A stretch of DNA of 32,493 nt from Bugula neritina (taxonomy: Eukaryota; Animalia; Bryozoa), in assembly GCA_964035545.1 (NCBI GenBank), contig CAXIUT010000032.1, forward strand, positions 1 to 32,493, written 5' to 3'. The position numbers and the translations under genes are program-made. The notes under the pieces were generated by a model. The model saw only the letters and a program-made list of their open reading frames with translations, ran no database searches and was not told the origin of the DNA. Positions 1 through 11,371 of the stretch are shown here, piece by piece (position 1 is the first letter of the stretch; each line of letters opens with the position of its first letter).

Positions 1-87
1 CCCAACCCCAACCCCAACCCCAACCCCAACCCCAACCCCAACCCCAACCCCAACCCCAACCCCAACCCCAACCCCAACCCCAACCCC
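1..87 (+). repeat. Left terminal telomere (CCCCAA)n
   Basis: Perfect C4A2 repeats at the 5' end; this is the oligohymenophorean (Tetrahymena-type) telomere repeat. Confidence 0.98.
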
Positions 88-156
88 TTTAAAATATATT
101 TCAATGTTTAATAAATTAATTTCTGATAATGAATATATTTTTTCTATTCTATGAAA

Positions 157-2315
157 TCATTTTATTTATTCTTTTTTCGAACTTTCATTTTTATCATAAA
201 CGAACTCCTTTAAAAATTCTTCTGAAAAAGTGTTGTATTATTCATTTATTTGCCTTATTTAATCTTCTTTTTTTTATTTTTTTTCTTCTTTCTAAATACG
301 TATCTTTTCTTAGAAATCCATCTTGGCTCTTAATTCTTGAGATTCTTCAAACCTTTTCTCAAGTCTTTTATTGAAATACCTTACACTATCCATTTATCTT
401 TCCCAGTACTCATTCATGGTTTTATCTTCATCACCTACTTTTCTCACAAGTGTAAAAGGAAGTTAAAGGATATGAAGAGTTCCTTCTTGAGATCCTACAG
501 CTAGTATATTCTGGTTGGAATGGTGGAACTTCATAGAAGATATGCCAACTGATCCAACAGAGTATTGCATTGTCCACTTATGTGATTGGTCAATGAAATC
601 CCAAATATCAATTGTTCCATTAGACTTAGCGATGAAACAAACTCCAGCTCTACTTGGGCTCCAACATCCAGCCGTATTAAAGCAACCCTTACTAATCATA
701 CTGTTGAATAAAGGTACCTATCTTAAAATATTATTACATCAAAATTATTTTTCCAAATACAGAAGTGGAAATCATAAACAGTTAAGATAATATTTTCATT
801 GGAAGGTAATAAATCTAAAGCAACTATTGGTCGAAAACATCTTTACTGATTCCAATAAGCAGTTATAGTGTCATTTTTGCTCCCAGCCTCATCAGCTGAT
901 CTAGCTGACCAGTCACAAATAAATAGTTCTCCTTGATCGGAAGTACCTGTAAAAACAGTTTTTTTTTAATTTTTGCTAAAAGCGAGAGATGATCCTCCCA
1001 TTGCTCCTCCTCCTTAAGGCCTAAATAAGTGAAATCCATATCCTGCTTTCCAATTAATATTTGAATACTAGATTAATCATTATTTACGTCAGTAATCAAT
1101 TTTTTTTGGTTGTCTAAAAATTTTTTTTCCCAAAGAAGAACTTGTCCATCAGTCGAAATGGTTGCAAATTGATTAATCTCAGCACCATTTGTTGGGATTA
1201 AAGCTGAATAAGATTTTTTCATTTCAATTTAAAGTGTTGAAGGAAACCACTTAAGACTTATAACTGGAGTTTTATGGGAAGGAACATTACGCTTTATTTG
1301 ATCAGTGACAGGCATAATATTTGAAGGATCTTGTAGTGTTGACATTAAACTAGGAGTTATTTCTCTTATCTCATTTGAATCTGATTTCTTAATTTTTTTT
1401 TTGTTGAGCTGTCCAAGCTGGATATTTTTTAAATCCCACATCATTATCTGCCCATTGATTGTCCCAGCTACGATAATAGAAGGATCTTTAGGGTTAAATT
1501 CAAATGTTGTTATTTATAGAGGAGAACTTAGAATCAACAAAGGATCTATTGCATGCATGTCTTAATAGTTCCAAAACAAAATAAAAGATTTTGAAGATTT
1601 CATTGAAAAAATAACCCTTTCATCATAAGTTAAATTTTATAGAAAAGATTCTGCTATTAAAGGAGGGTTTTTTCTTCCTTGAAGCCAAGGCTGAAATTGT
1701 ATGCTCGAAACTTTCTTTCCCTTAGATTTCAAGTAAAAAAGGTTTTTTGTTTATTTAATAGTGTTCGATAGTTCAGAAGCCTCTTTTCCTCCAGATTAAT
1801 CTGGAAGTACATCAAAATCATTCTGAAAAATATCAATAGTTTAATTTGACTGAAGAGCTGCTTCCATTTCAGGATAAACATTATCTAAAAAATGACTTAA
1901 GTCATCGTCTTTAACTTTAATATGGTGATGGTGATTTTTTTCTTAATTAATTTGAAGACATTTATTAATTTTTCTTTTGAAAAAGGTTTGAGAACCTGAC
2001 TCAGTATATGGTTCTGACCCTTGTAAACTAAAGTAAGTTATATTTTTACCCAATCTCTAAAACTTTTTTTTCTCGAAGGCCAAGCTGCTCATCTTTGAAA
2101 GCAATGAATTGTATATTTTTATCGCTATCAGTTTATGTAAACTTCACAGGTTGATCAAAATCTTTTCTTTTTTTAATGAATTCAAGCCTGAGGAGATTTC
2201 TAGTGGATTTAACCTTTTGGTTTTTGATTTCAGATTCTGTTTCTGAGGCAGTCTATGACTTGTAAGGTCCAATGACAAGATGTAATGGATCTCTGATAAC
2301 TTCAGTTTCAGTCAT
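157..2315 (-). CDS. WDR63: WD40 axonemal dynein intermediate chain, WDR63/DNAI3 (IC140)-like, ~698 aa; introns 2028-2049, 1068-1087, 718-737
   Basis: With TAR=Glu the frame runs from ATG 2315 to TGA 157-159 after removing three GT-AG introns (22, 20, 20 nt). Motifs ALQSNETIDIF, FEFNPKDPSIIVAGTINGQIMMWD, GCWSPSRAGVCF..GTIDIWD and GTLHILELP, plus an E/K-rich C-terminal coil, match my recollection of WDR63. Confidence 0.85.
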
Positions 2316-2577
2316 CTTGGAGATTCAAATAAAAAATAATTAAATCATAAAATATCATTGATAATAAATTCTTTAAAATCATAAATAATGTGAAAACTAA
2401 GAATAATAATAGTTGGATTCAATTGAGATAATCTTCTAAAATGAGATATTTTATTTTTTGAAATAGTAACTATAAAATAAATTGATAAAATATTTCTTTT
2501 ACAAAAAAATATCTTTATAAAATGACTTAATTCTTTAACTATCTTTGAAAAGAATTCAGGATTATTATTTTATTTTG

Positions 2578-4538
2578 ATGAAAACATAATAAATAATCAG
2601 AAAAAGCTTTAATCCTGATTAAAAGTAAGAGTATAGGAAATAGCTTTTCGATGTTAAGTAGTCAAACAGTTATAAACAAATCAAATCTATTAAATCTGAA
2701 AAAGGAGGACTTCAAAAAATATTTACCTATCACTATGCTTAAGACAAAAAATGGTATTTGGGTTCAGGCTCTTATGGAAAAGTTTTTGCATGCTTTTTTG
2801 AAGAGGTAGTAGATAGACAAGTTCATAAGTTCGCCTTGAAAGTTATCTAGATTCCTTCTAATTTTGCTTAGGTCAAAAAAATAGAGTAGACAGTTGCTAC
2901 TACTCGTGAATAAATAAAATCTCTTATAAAGTTAAGACAAAATCCCAATATAATAAAGATAGAGGATGTAATAGGGGACAGATAGCATAATAGGATTTAT
3001 CTAGTTCTATAATTTTGCAATAGCAAAGATCTCTAAAGCTATTTCTAACAAAAGCATAGGAATAATATGATTAAGACTGAAGAAGAAGTTCTTTTCTATT
3101 TTAAGCAGCTCCTCAATGCTTTTCAGGATCTTTATAAGTACTGAACATCTTGATTTAGATATAAAATTATTCATCGAGATATAAAACCTGCTAATATCTT
3201 TGTGCATAATAATGTTTTAAAAATTGGTGATTTTGGACTCAGCCAACAGCTCTTCGAAAAAAAATAAAAGTTACATGATATTACTATTATAGGAACTTTT
3301 GTGACCTCTGCTCCTCAACTCAAATTTAAAGAACAATATACCAACAAATGTGACATCTATTCTTTAGGACAAACTCTCTATTGGATGCTTTTCGGAAAAT
3401 TTGCCTTTCAGCACATAGAATCATTTAACAAAGATTTGCTTCTGAAATAAAGTCTTTCCTTCGATCAAAATACTACGATCAAGTGCTCACCTGAGCTTAT
3501 TCATCTCCTTAAATCTATGCTTGCCTATAAAGAAGATGATAGAATAAACTGGAATTAGTTGTTCAAGCATCCTCTTCTTTAAAGAATTCCTCGATTATAA
3601 GTACCACAAGTGAGATAAACTTACGGTAGAAACTTACAGGGACAGAGCATAGCATACTTACTTGATAATACCATTCCTGCTTAGTTTGGTGTTTATATAG
3701 GATAGAATGAGGCAGAGATGAATGATTTACTTCAATATGGATCAGAAAATGGGTATGCTCGATAATGTTTTATGAAAATATTTTTGGAAGGTGTTAATTT
3801 CAAGTTTAAAATTCACTTTTTAAAACTTCTTCTTAAATAAGTCTTCGAAATAAATCATAGTTAAAAAATAAAAAATAAAATAGAATTCGCAGTAATGAAG
3901 GACCTTTTGAGACTAGGCATTGACAAGTTATTTTATATTAAAATAGATATATTGTCTATCTAAATAAAGCCTTTCTAGATTAACTTAATGGCTATAACAC
4001 CTTACACATACTAGACATATCCATGCTCAACGAAATAAGCTGCTCAAAGTACTATCGCTCCTATGTATAACGCTTTAGCCTTTAAATTTAAAATTATGAT
4101 ATATCTCAAAAAAAGCCTAAACTATCAAAAGATGAACTCCATAATCTTCAGCGTAATTGTCAAAAGTATGAGATAGGAGATAAATTTCATTTAATTGTTG
4201 GAGGATTGTTGCTAAAAAAGGATGAAACATAATTTTTATAAGAAGTAAAAAGATGCATAGTTGAGTTGATGTATTTTGTTAAAGAATAAATCAGATACTA
4301 CTCTCATCAAGGAAACAATTTACCTTAGTCATAACTTAGCTGCTATCGACCATTAGTTCTCTTGATTCATCATCTTAACATATTTATTCTCCAGAAAAGC
4401 ATATTTCCTCTTCACTATGACTCAGAGATCAACTATGAAACCTAGTAGTTTAGCTAAAAAGAACTCTACATAGAAAAATCTTCTTTTTTCAAACTTGCAC
4501 GCCAAATCAGCGATATTATTACCAGATTTTAAAATTGA
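2578..4538 (+). CDS. Ser/Thr protein kinase (ULK-like, ciliate-expanded type), ~639 aa; introns 3138-3158, 3927-3946
   Basis: [35 protein letters not shown] and DRINW motifs. A 21-nt intron carries an in-frame TGA; a 20-nt intron restores the frame to TGA 4536-4538. Subfamily is inferred. Confidence 0.88.
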
Positions 4539-4592
4539 TCTAACTTTGATTAATTATCTAAAATAAAATTTTATGATTATTGTGTTTCATCT

Positions 4593-7079
4593 ATGTTCAG
4601 ACTTATTATAATAATGTTTAAGCGCCATTTTGAAAGCTAGCATGCCAACATTTCTGAAGTTAATTCTATTAAACTATTGAATAGTTACATCTCAAGTACA
4701 AATCACCAGCCTCCAAACTTTAAGTTTAAAAATCTCTACAAAGTTTTAAGAAATAAAAATAAACCACACAAGATTGGTCATCTTTCAGGTCAATAAACAT
4801 CTGTATAACAAAAAATGTTTCCCCTATTTGATAATTACTGGGGATAAATTAACTATAAAGTTGCCCAAGAAGTATAAATCATTCTTCAAGATCTTTATTA
4901 TCAAAAAAAATTGGTTTAAAATTCATAATATCTTCATTATCAAATCTTCTAAAATAAACAAATAACCTAACAAATAAATAAATAGAAGGAATAAAATGAT
5001 TTTAAACTATTTAAGTAACTTGAATTTGTTAATTTTCTAAGTTATTTGAAAATTATTAATGTTTCTGAATCAGAATAGACCAACCTCCTTCATAGTTCCT
5101 TTAGTCAGTATAAAAAATCATCTAAAACTATTTCTCTCTTTAAAGATACTAATTATAATTATCCTAATGTTCTGAGTCCTTATTCTCTTTTTTAAAAATA
5201 TTTTTTTTGGAAAAAATAACAATAAAACTACAATAACTACTAAATAAATGTAATAAAATTAAAAAATCTTATCCTCTAAAACTATTAAAATTAGTATTAT
5301 TAATGTTTCATTAGCTATTTTTAGAAATAATTTATTCTTAAAACTTAATCTACTTTTGCCTTGAATGAGTTAAATATTCTTTTTCGCTATCAAGAAGAAT
5401 AAATTATAAAGTTGTAATTAGATAGTTAGGTTAAGAACGTTGATTTTTGGAGTAAAGTTTATAATCTTTTTATAAAAAGTCCTAAATATCACAGTCTGAT
5501 TGAACTTCATCTCAAATAAAACGGTTTCTAAGAACTAAGTTTCATATTCATGAATAATTTTTAAGGCTGCAGATAGGTAGAGTCGAAAGATCTGAGTCTT
5601 TTTGAATCAAATATAAATTATCGTTCAATTATATTGATACTTAGAGGACACTATCTCAAAGAACAAGATTTTAATTTATTACCGATTGAATAAAAATTAG
5701 GAATAACTCTAAAAGAAATATATTTGAAAAGATGTATAAATTAAAATTACGATCTTTAAAAAAATTATCTTAAAGAATATGGAAACAGTATTTTATAAAA
5801 ATTATAAATATCTCTCGAAAAAGGAAAGATTGAATAATCTAAAAATAATATCAAAAGACTACTAGTTTTAGGCCAATATGTAAATGTAATTAAAATACTA
5901 GAAGGACATTTGAAGTTAGATTGTGTTCTAAGTTTACTTATTATGTCAAATCTACTATTAATTAGCATTTAATAATCAAAACTCCTTCTCTACTAGCCTG
6001 AATAAGTAGGATCATATTTTAAATATACTCTCAAAACAATAATATCATCAACTTTTAATTCTTATAATTAACTTAACCATCTAATACAAGTGTTTGCTCC
6101 TGTCCTTAAATAGCATATTAAAAATTCTAAATAATTTTTATTAGACATTCTTTCATAAAATTAGTCTTTCTTAAAGTTTTTAGTCTAAAATCAATACTTT
6201 TTAGGTTATTATCAAGCTTTCTAACTAAATTCTTAAGATTTTATAATATTTCTTTAGTTGATTTTGATAAAACATTGTAACTATTATTGGGTTATATCTT
6301 TGATCCTAAGTGTTTGCCTATCTTTATAGAAATATATCAAAATTATAAATTAGAACAAAGATTCTATTGAACAATTTCATTCAAGCCATTCTTCAAAATC
6401 ATTCTTGTTTTAAAAATCAAGTTTTATTGATGAAGAATAACGATAGTCTTTTTCTTTTAAAGATAAATAAAATATACTTTTAAAGGGTACAGTATTATTG
6501 ATAAAGAGATATCTTTTTTTATGGAATCAAAGAACTACTGAAATAAGATATAAGTAGATTAATAAAGCGAGTAAATTCTTTTTAAAAATAAAATAGAAAT
6601 ATCTTTATTACTTTTTACAAGTTGAAATAGGTTGTAATGAAATATAATGGAAAAGATTTATTCCTCAGTTTTTAAGTTATTTAAAAACTCTTAGTATAGT
6701 TTAAACTATAATTGAATTAAAAAATAATATAAAAGAGGGTAATTTTGAAAATATTGTCAACAAATTAAATTACTATATTGAAGAAATAGGTCCAAATATT
6801 AACAACATAATCAACTATAAAGACGATCTTTCTTCATAAAACATTAATGTACCTATTATAATTAGAAAATTAATTAAAATCATTTTGCAATCAATCAATT
6901 TAATAATCTAAAAGAGATAAAAAATTATAATCAGAAATAAAAACCTTTTTATAAGTATTTGCAGACAACTTAAGTAACTATTGAACAATTCCTTGAAAAC
7001 AAATAATAAAAACAACACCCAATAAAACATCTTCCACTCACAAATTGAAATAATAAGCAGAGAAATAGTTAACCTATGA
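4593..7079 (+). CDS. Large alpha-helical protein, possibly a divergent nucleoporin Nup93/Nic96, ~828 aa
   Basis: A TGA-free frame of 2.5 kb (alternative start ATG 4614). Ordered segments FWSKVYNLF, NYRSIILILRG, LEKNYLKEYG and RLLVLGQYVNVIKIL...LDCVLSLLIMSNLLL resemble Nup93 blocks from memory. ORF is solid; identity is tentative. Confidence 0.55.
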
Positions 7080-7163
7080 TATCTTACCTTTATATTAATA
7101 TTTAGTAATATTGAGTAAAATATTATAATTAATATCCAAATAAATAAATAAATAATATTATCA

Positions 7164-7241
7164 CCCAACCCCAACCCCAACCCCAACCCCAACCCCAACC
7201 CCAACCCCAACCCCAACCCCAACCCCAACCCCCAACCCCAA
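7164..7241 (+). repeat. Internal telomeric tract (CCCCAA)n with one C5A2 variant
   Basis: Directly visible; left-end orientation. Confidence 0.97.
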
Positions 7242-7336
<95 letters not shown>

Positions 7337-7338
7337 AT
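7242..7338 (+). repeat. (TAAA)n microsatellite, ~24 copies, abutting the telomeric tract
   Basis: Directly visible; a shorter TAAA run also lies at ~7138-7153 on the other side of the tract. Confidence 0.97.
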
Positions 7339-7359
7339 AGTAACAGAATAGATATAATA

Positions 7360-7718
7360 ATGAGTACTAAAAAGGATTCTCCCTTTCTAAACAAAATATA
7401 ATCACCTGTTGAACTTATGCAACATTTGATAGAAGGCACCAAGAACAAATAGAACTTAGTATCTGTCTAAGAAAAATAGTTATGGGGATAGCTACTCACA
7501 AATAAATATAAAATATAAACTTACAAAACATAATTAATTAAATTAGTCCAAAACAATATCTCTTCGAAAGAACATCTTAAGTTTTTACTTTTTTTGATTG
7601 AACAAATTCAAAAATCAAAAGTATAAGTCCACTACTAAAAAGAATAACTCTCAATCGAGTTTAACTCTTCTCTTATAAGAAAAAAATAAGCAGAAATTAG
7701 TCTTCTAGAATAAGAGAA
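7360..7718 (+). CDS. 5' fragment of a hypothetical E/K-rich protein, truncated by telomeric repeats (partial)
   Basis: ATG 7360 opens ~120 codons (MSTKKDSPFLNKIESPVELMQHLIEG...EAEISLLEEE) with no TGA before entering CCCCAA. Confidence 0.6.
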
Positions 7719-7829
7719 CCCAACCCCAACCCCAACCCCAACCCCAACCCCAACCCCAACCCCAACCCCAACCCCAACCCCAACCCCAACCCCAACCCCA
7801 ACCCCAACCCCAACCCCAACCCCAACCCC
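7717..7829 (+). repeat. Internal telomeric tract (CCCCAA)n
   Basis: Directly visible. Confidence 0.97.
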
Positions 7830-7846
7830 TCAATGATCTTATTCCA

Positions 7847-8542
7847 TCAACCCAATACTCCATAAATAGATGAAAATATTAATATACTTCTTTATATCTA
7901 AAAACCAAATCTTTTACTCCTCTCTTCTCTTGTAAATAAGTCTCTTCTCTCGATCCAATCAGTTATTGAATCTTCTTCCTCACCTCCATAGCTTCTAAAC
8001 ACCAACTTCATCTTTTGTACTCCAACTTCTACTCTTTTGTCTTCTTTATCATATTTTTTTATTGTCTTTTTGGACTTTTCTATTTCCTTATGAAAACTTT
8101 TATCTTCTTCTTTTTAAATATTCTATTCTTTGGATTATTGAGAAATTATCTTAATCTATTTATCTTTTTTAGTTGACTTATTGTGATTGGAAGGAAAAGA
8201 AGGCCTAGTATTGAAGGGATTAAAAAGCATTCCAAATTTTTATTCTAGTCGATCATTCACGCTTGATTATAAAGCAGCCATATCTTAAGGTGACAATTAT
8301 CCAACTATATTATTATTTCCTTTTATTATATTATTTTATCCTTTTACTCTATTTTAATGTCCAATAATATTAATTTTTTTACCATCAATCTCATTAAAGT
8401 TGCCTTCAATTGTATTTTATTTTCCTTTCCAAACATTTCCAACTCCTTAAACATAGTTGTTCTTTTGATCTGTGACTCCTTGAGATGATGAAGTCACTTG
8501 AATAATGATTAGGCAGACAGGCAACACAATAGAAACTATCAT
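7847..8542 (-). CDS. Putative secreted/surface protein with xxNx[VI]xG heptad repeats, 231 aa
   Basis: Hydrophobic N-terminus MIVSIVLPVCLIIIQVTSS, then ~8 heptads (NNYVEG/VGNVWKG/KENTIEG/NFNEIDG/KKINIIG/HENRVKG/ENNIIKG/NNNIVG), a charged region and a hydrophobic C-terminus; ends TGA 7847-7849. Confidence 0.75.
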
Positions 8543-8583
8543 AACTTAAATATAGAATATAGAAATTATAAAATAAAATCATT

Positions 8584-9762
8584 TCATAACATTTTCTTTT
8601 ACTTGATCTCTTCTTTTAGAAGAAATATAGGCAAAAAATGTTTCAAATGAGAATCTTTTTTCAAAAGTTAAATTATTTAATATCTCGTTTCTTCGCCCAC
8701 CTTTTCAGCTATTCTATTAGCTAAACTCACAAAAAAATCTCTTTGCTTGTTCAACTATTTCACTCTTTATTCTTCTACAAAATCTAATTCTTTACAATAC
8801 TCTTGAACTCTTTAAAGAGACTCAATCATCTCTTTGATTGTTTCAGGTTTAAAAAGTTGATATTCTTAGCAATTTTTCTTTACTGGTACACAGTTAGAAA
8901 TGCTAAAAACTATATTTTTAAATGTTTCCCAGTCATTAATCGATATCTATTATCCTTCTAGGTCTAAATCCTTTGATTTTGACTCAGTGAAATTCTTTAT
9001 TTATGCTTTATCTGTTTTCAATATTTTTATTTACCTTTAAAGCTTTGAGATATATTCCTACAAACATTTATTTTTCTTTTGTTCTGATTCAAGATCACCA
9101 TCTTTACTTGAATTATAAAGACTGATATCTGTTTTAATAGTTTCTTTTTTTTCTTCAATAAATTGATTTTTGTATCTTTTCTGCAGTTCTTTGATTTGAA
9201 GTCTGAATTGAAAATTTTACTACTCTGATAATAGCAACCCTTCCTTTGCAAAAGTTGATATTTAAGTTTAAAATTTTAGTTTATCCTCCAGAGTAGAAAT
9301 CTTTTTTTGCATTTTTCTTAGCTATTTAGACCATGAAACCTTTTTCTCACTTCCTATCTTAAATGAAGAACCTTCATTCTCATAAAAAACATCTTTTTTA
9401 TCCTAAAATAACTTTTTAATCTCATTACTTTTTGAATATTTATTTGGTGAAACTGCTATAATGGTACTTTCTGGATCAAAACTATTTCCATTAAAACTTA
9501 TTTCAGAACAATCATCATTATTCTATCCCATCGAAAAAGATACACTACCCATCGAAGGACTAGATTCATTTTGACAAGTTCTTTCAGTAATGATCTAACT
9601 AAAGAGATCAGTTTGAACTTCTGTCGTATGAGTTACTATTAATGAATGACGCTTTCCACTTTGAAGAAGAAAGCTTCTCACTCTTTAAGATATTTATAAC
9701 TATAAACTTTTAACTCTTTTCTAGAGAATTTTTATCTTTAAATCTTTACTTTATTCCTCCAT
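8584..9762 (-). CDS. Hypothetical coiled-coil protein, 392 aa
   Basis: Uninterrupted ATG-TGA frame under TAR=Glu; E/K-rich; no recognised domain. Confidence 0.75.
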
Positions 9763-9779
9763 AAGATAAATATTATAAA

Positions 9780-11078
9780 TCACTCAAGAGAATATCCTTT
9801 CCGTATCAAGTTATTAATCTATTCAACTATTTGGGCTGACGATTCATTCTTTTGCAGTCGAAATTGGTAACGTTTATCTGTAGTTACCACTTCAAACTCA
9901 TTTTCTTTTACTATTGCTGCATAATCATTTAAATTCAACTCAAATTCATTCTTCACTTTTCGAGTTGGAACATAGCGGTAAGCCATCACAAGCCGATCTT
10001 CACCCTTTGAAATAGTAAGACATCTTGGTTTATAGTTGCCAAAAAACATCTTCTTCTCAAGAACCTTCTCAAATAAAAAAGTTCCTGGCTTCTCTTCCCT
10101 CATATCTTGATTCTCTACTATCAGCTATTCCTTTGATATCGGTGAAGTATCAATAAAAATATTATTAAAATTGATTTGCTAGAAGAATTTTATTTTCTTG
10201 AGTTCTGAAGCGGTTGGTCTTTTTTCTGGTTCTTTACAAAGAGTGAGTCTAAAAAGTTCCTATAAATCTGGTTAAATTTATTTGTGAACAGATAAATCAC
10301 TAATTTTAACTTTTTTAAAGATTTCAATAGTATCCTTTCCTTCAAAAGGCAACTTATTAAAATAAAATTTATAGGCAAGTATCCCAAAGGCCCAAATATC
10401 ACTTTTAGGAGAATATTTAAGTTCAATGCTTTCAGGACTCATATAATTGGTAGTTCCAACGAAAGAAGTTCTCTTAAGAGAAGCATCTAGCGATGACTAG
10501 CTTTTTTATCTTATTCTATTGATTTATTATAGCTATTCTTGGTTGATAATAAGTTGTCCTTCTGGAGATATTTTGGCAGTTCCAAAATCAATAAGTCTTA
10601 TTTTAAGGTCACTGCCAATGACAATATTCTAAGGTTTCAAGTCTCGGTGTATGATCAAATGAGAATGGAGGTATTAAATGGTTTAAAGTATTTGTGCTAA
10701 GTAATAGACCATAATTTTTCTTTTTTTAAGTGCGAGATCTAGTTTTCGATTAACAGTTTTAATGAGGCTAAAAAGGTCTCCGAAGGGGCAAAGTTCAAGG
10801 ATAATTCCAGTATAGTACTAAGTTTTAACAACTTCATGAAGGCTTATAATTCCTGGATGTTTTAGTTTGCTTAAAATCAATATTTAAAGTAAAACTTAGT
10901 GAGCTTTACCCATCTTTTGTATTTTTTGTATTTCCATTGCTTTTATGGCAAATACTTGCTTTGTGTTTCGATCACGAATTTTAAATATCTAACCATACGA
11001 TCCTTCATTTATCTTACCATCAGCCTCATACTTTTTACTTTCAAGAATTTTGTTTATCAAATTCATCTCATCCTCCAT
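9780..11078 (-). CDS. PDK1-like AGC kinase with C-terminal PH domain, ~432 aa
   Basis: EGSYGEI, FAIK, HRDLKPENI, DFGTAK, TSFVGTTNYMSPE and DIWAFG, followed by a PH-like segment (LEKKMFFGNYKPRCLTI...FEVVTTDKRYQF); architecture typical of PDK1. Confidence 0.85.
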
Positions 11079-11080
11079 CC

Positions 11081-11240
11081 ACCACTAACCTCCTCTTTTA
11101 ATTATAACTATTAACCTCTCATTCGAATTATAACTATTAACCTCTCATTCGAATTATAACTATTAACCTCTCGTTCGAATTATAACTATTAACCTCTCGT
11201 TCGAATTATAACTACTAACTTCCTCTTTTAATTATAACTA
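11081..11240. repeat. 26-bp minisatellite, ~6 units (ATTATAACTATTAACCTCTCRTTCGA and a flanking variant)
   Basis: Period 26 (11101, 11127, ...); outer units share CTAACYTCCTCTTTTAATTATAACTA 130 bp apart; lies immediately upstream of the PDK1-like ATG. Confidence 0.93.
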
Positions 11241-11371
11241 TGAATCTATTTTGTAAAAGTACAAGCAAATATGGTTGATTTATGGTTTAAAGAATATTTT
11301 TTGAATTAGTAACTGGAAAATATAATTAATTTTAGTAATAATAATCTACTTTAGTATAATAGGGAAGATAT

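Noticed and set aside
129-374. Hydrophobic plus-strand ORF and similar short antisense ORFs in the track (e.g. 515-790, 11582-11926, 28298-28567)
   Set aside because: They are antisense shadows of well-supported genes on the opposite strand.
3307-3321. APQ instead of APE in the kinase as evidence for Glu/Gln ambiguity
   Set aside because: It is encoded by ordinary CAA, and PQ at this site occurs in ciliate ULK-like kinases; it says nothing about TAR decoding.
5076-5090. TAGACCAACCTCCTT resembles the Tetrahymena Cbs (TAAACCAACCTCTTT)
   Set aside because: It mismatches the conserved core, lies inside an intact ORF and has no adjacent telomere. The AACCTC in the 11081 array is likewise only a partial match.
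6908-7448. Track ORFs with GL/GV/FIYL repeats
   Set aside because: They are translations of the telomeric and TAAA repeats on the minus strand.
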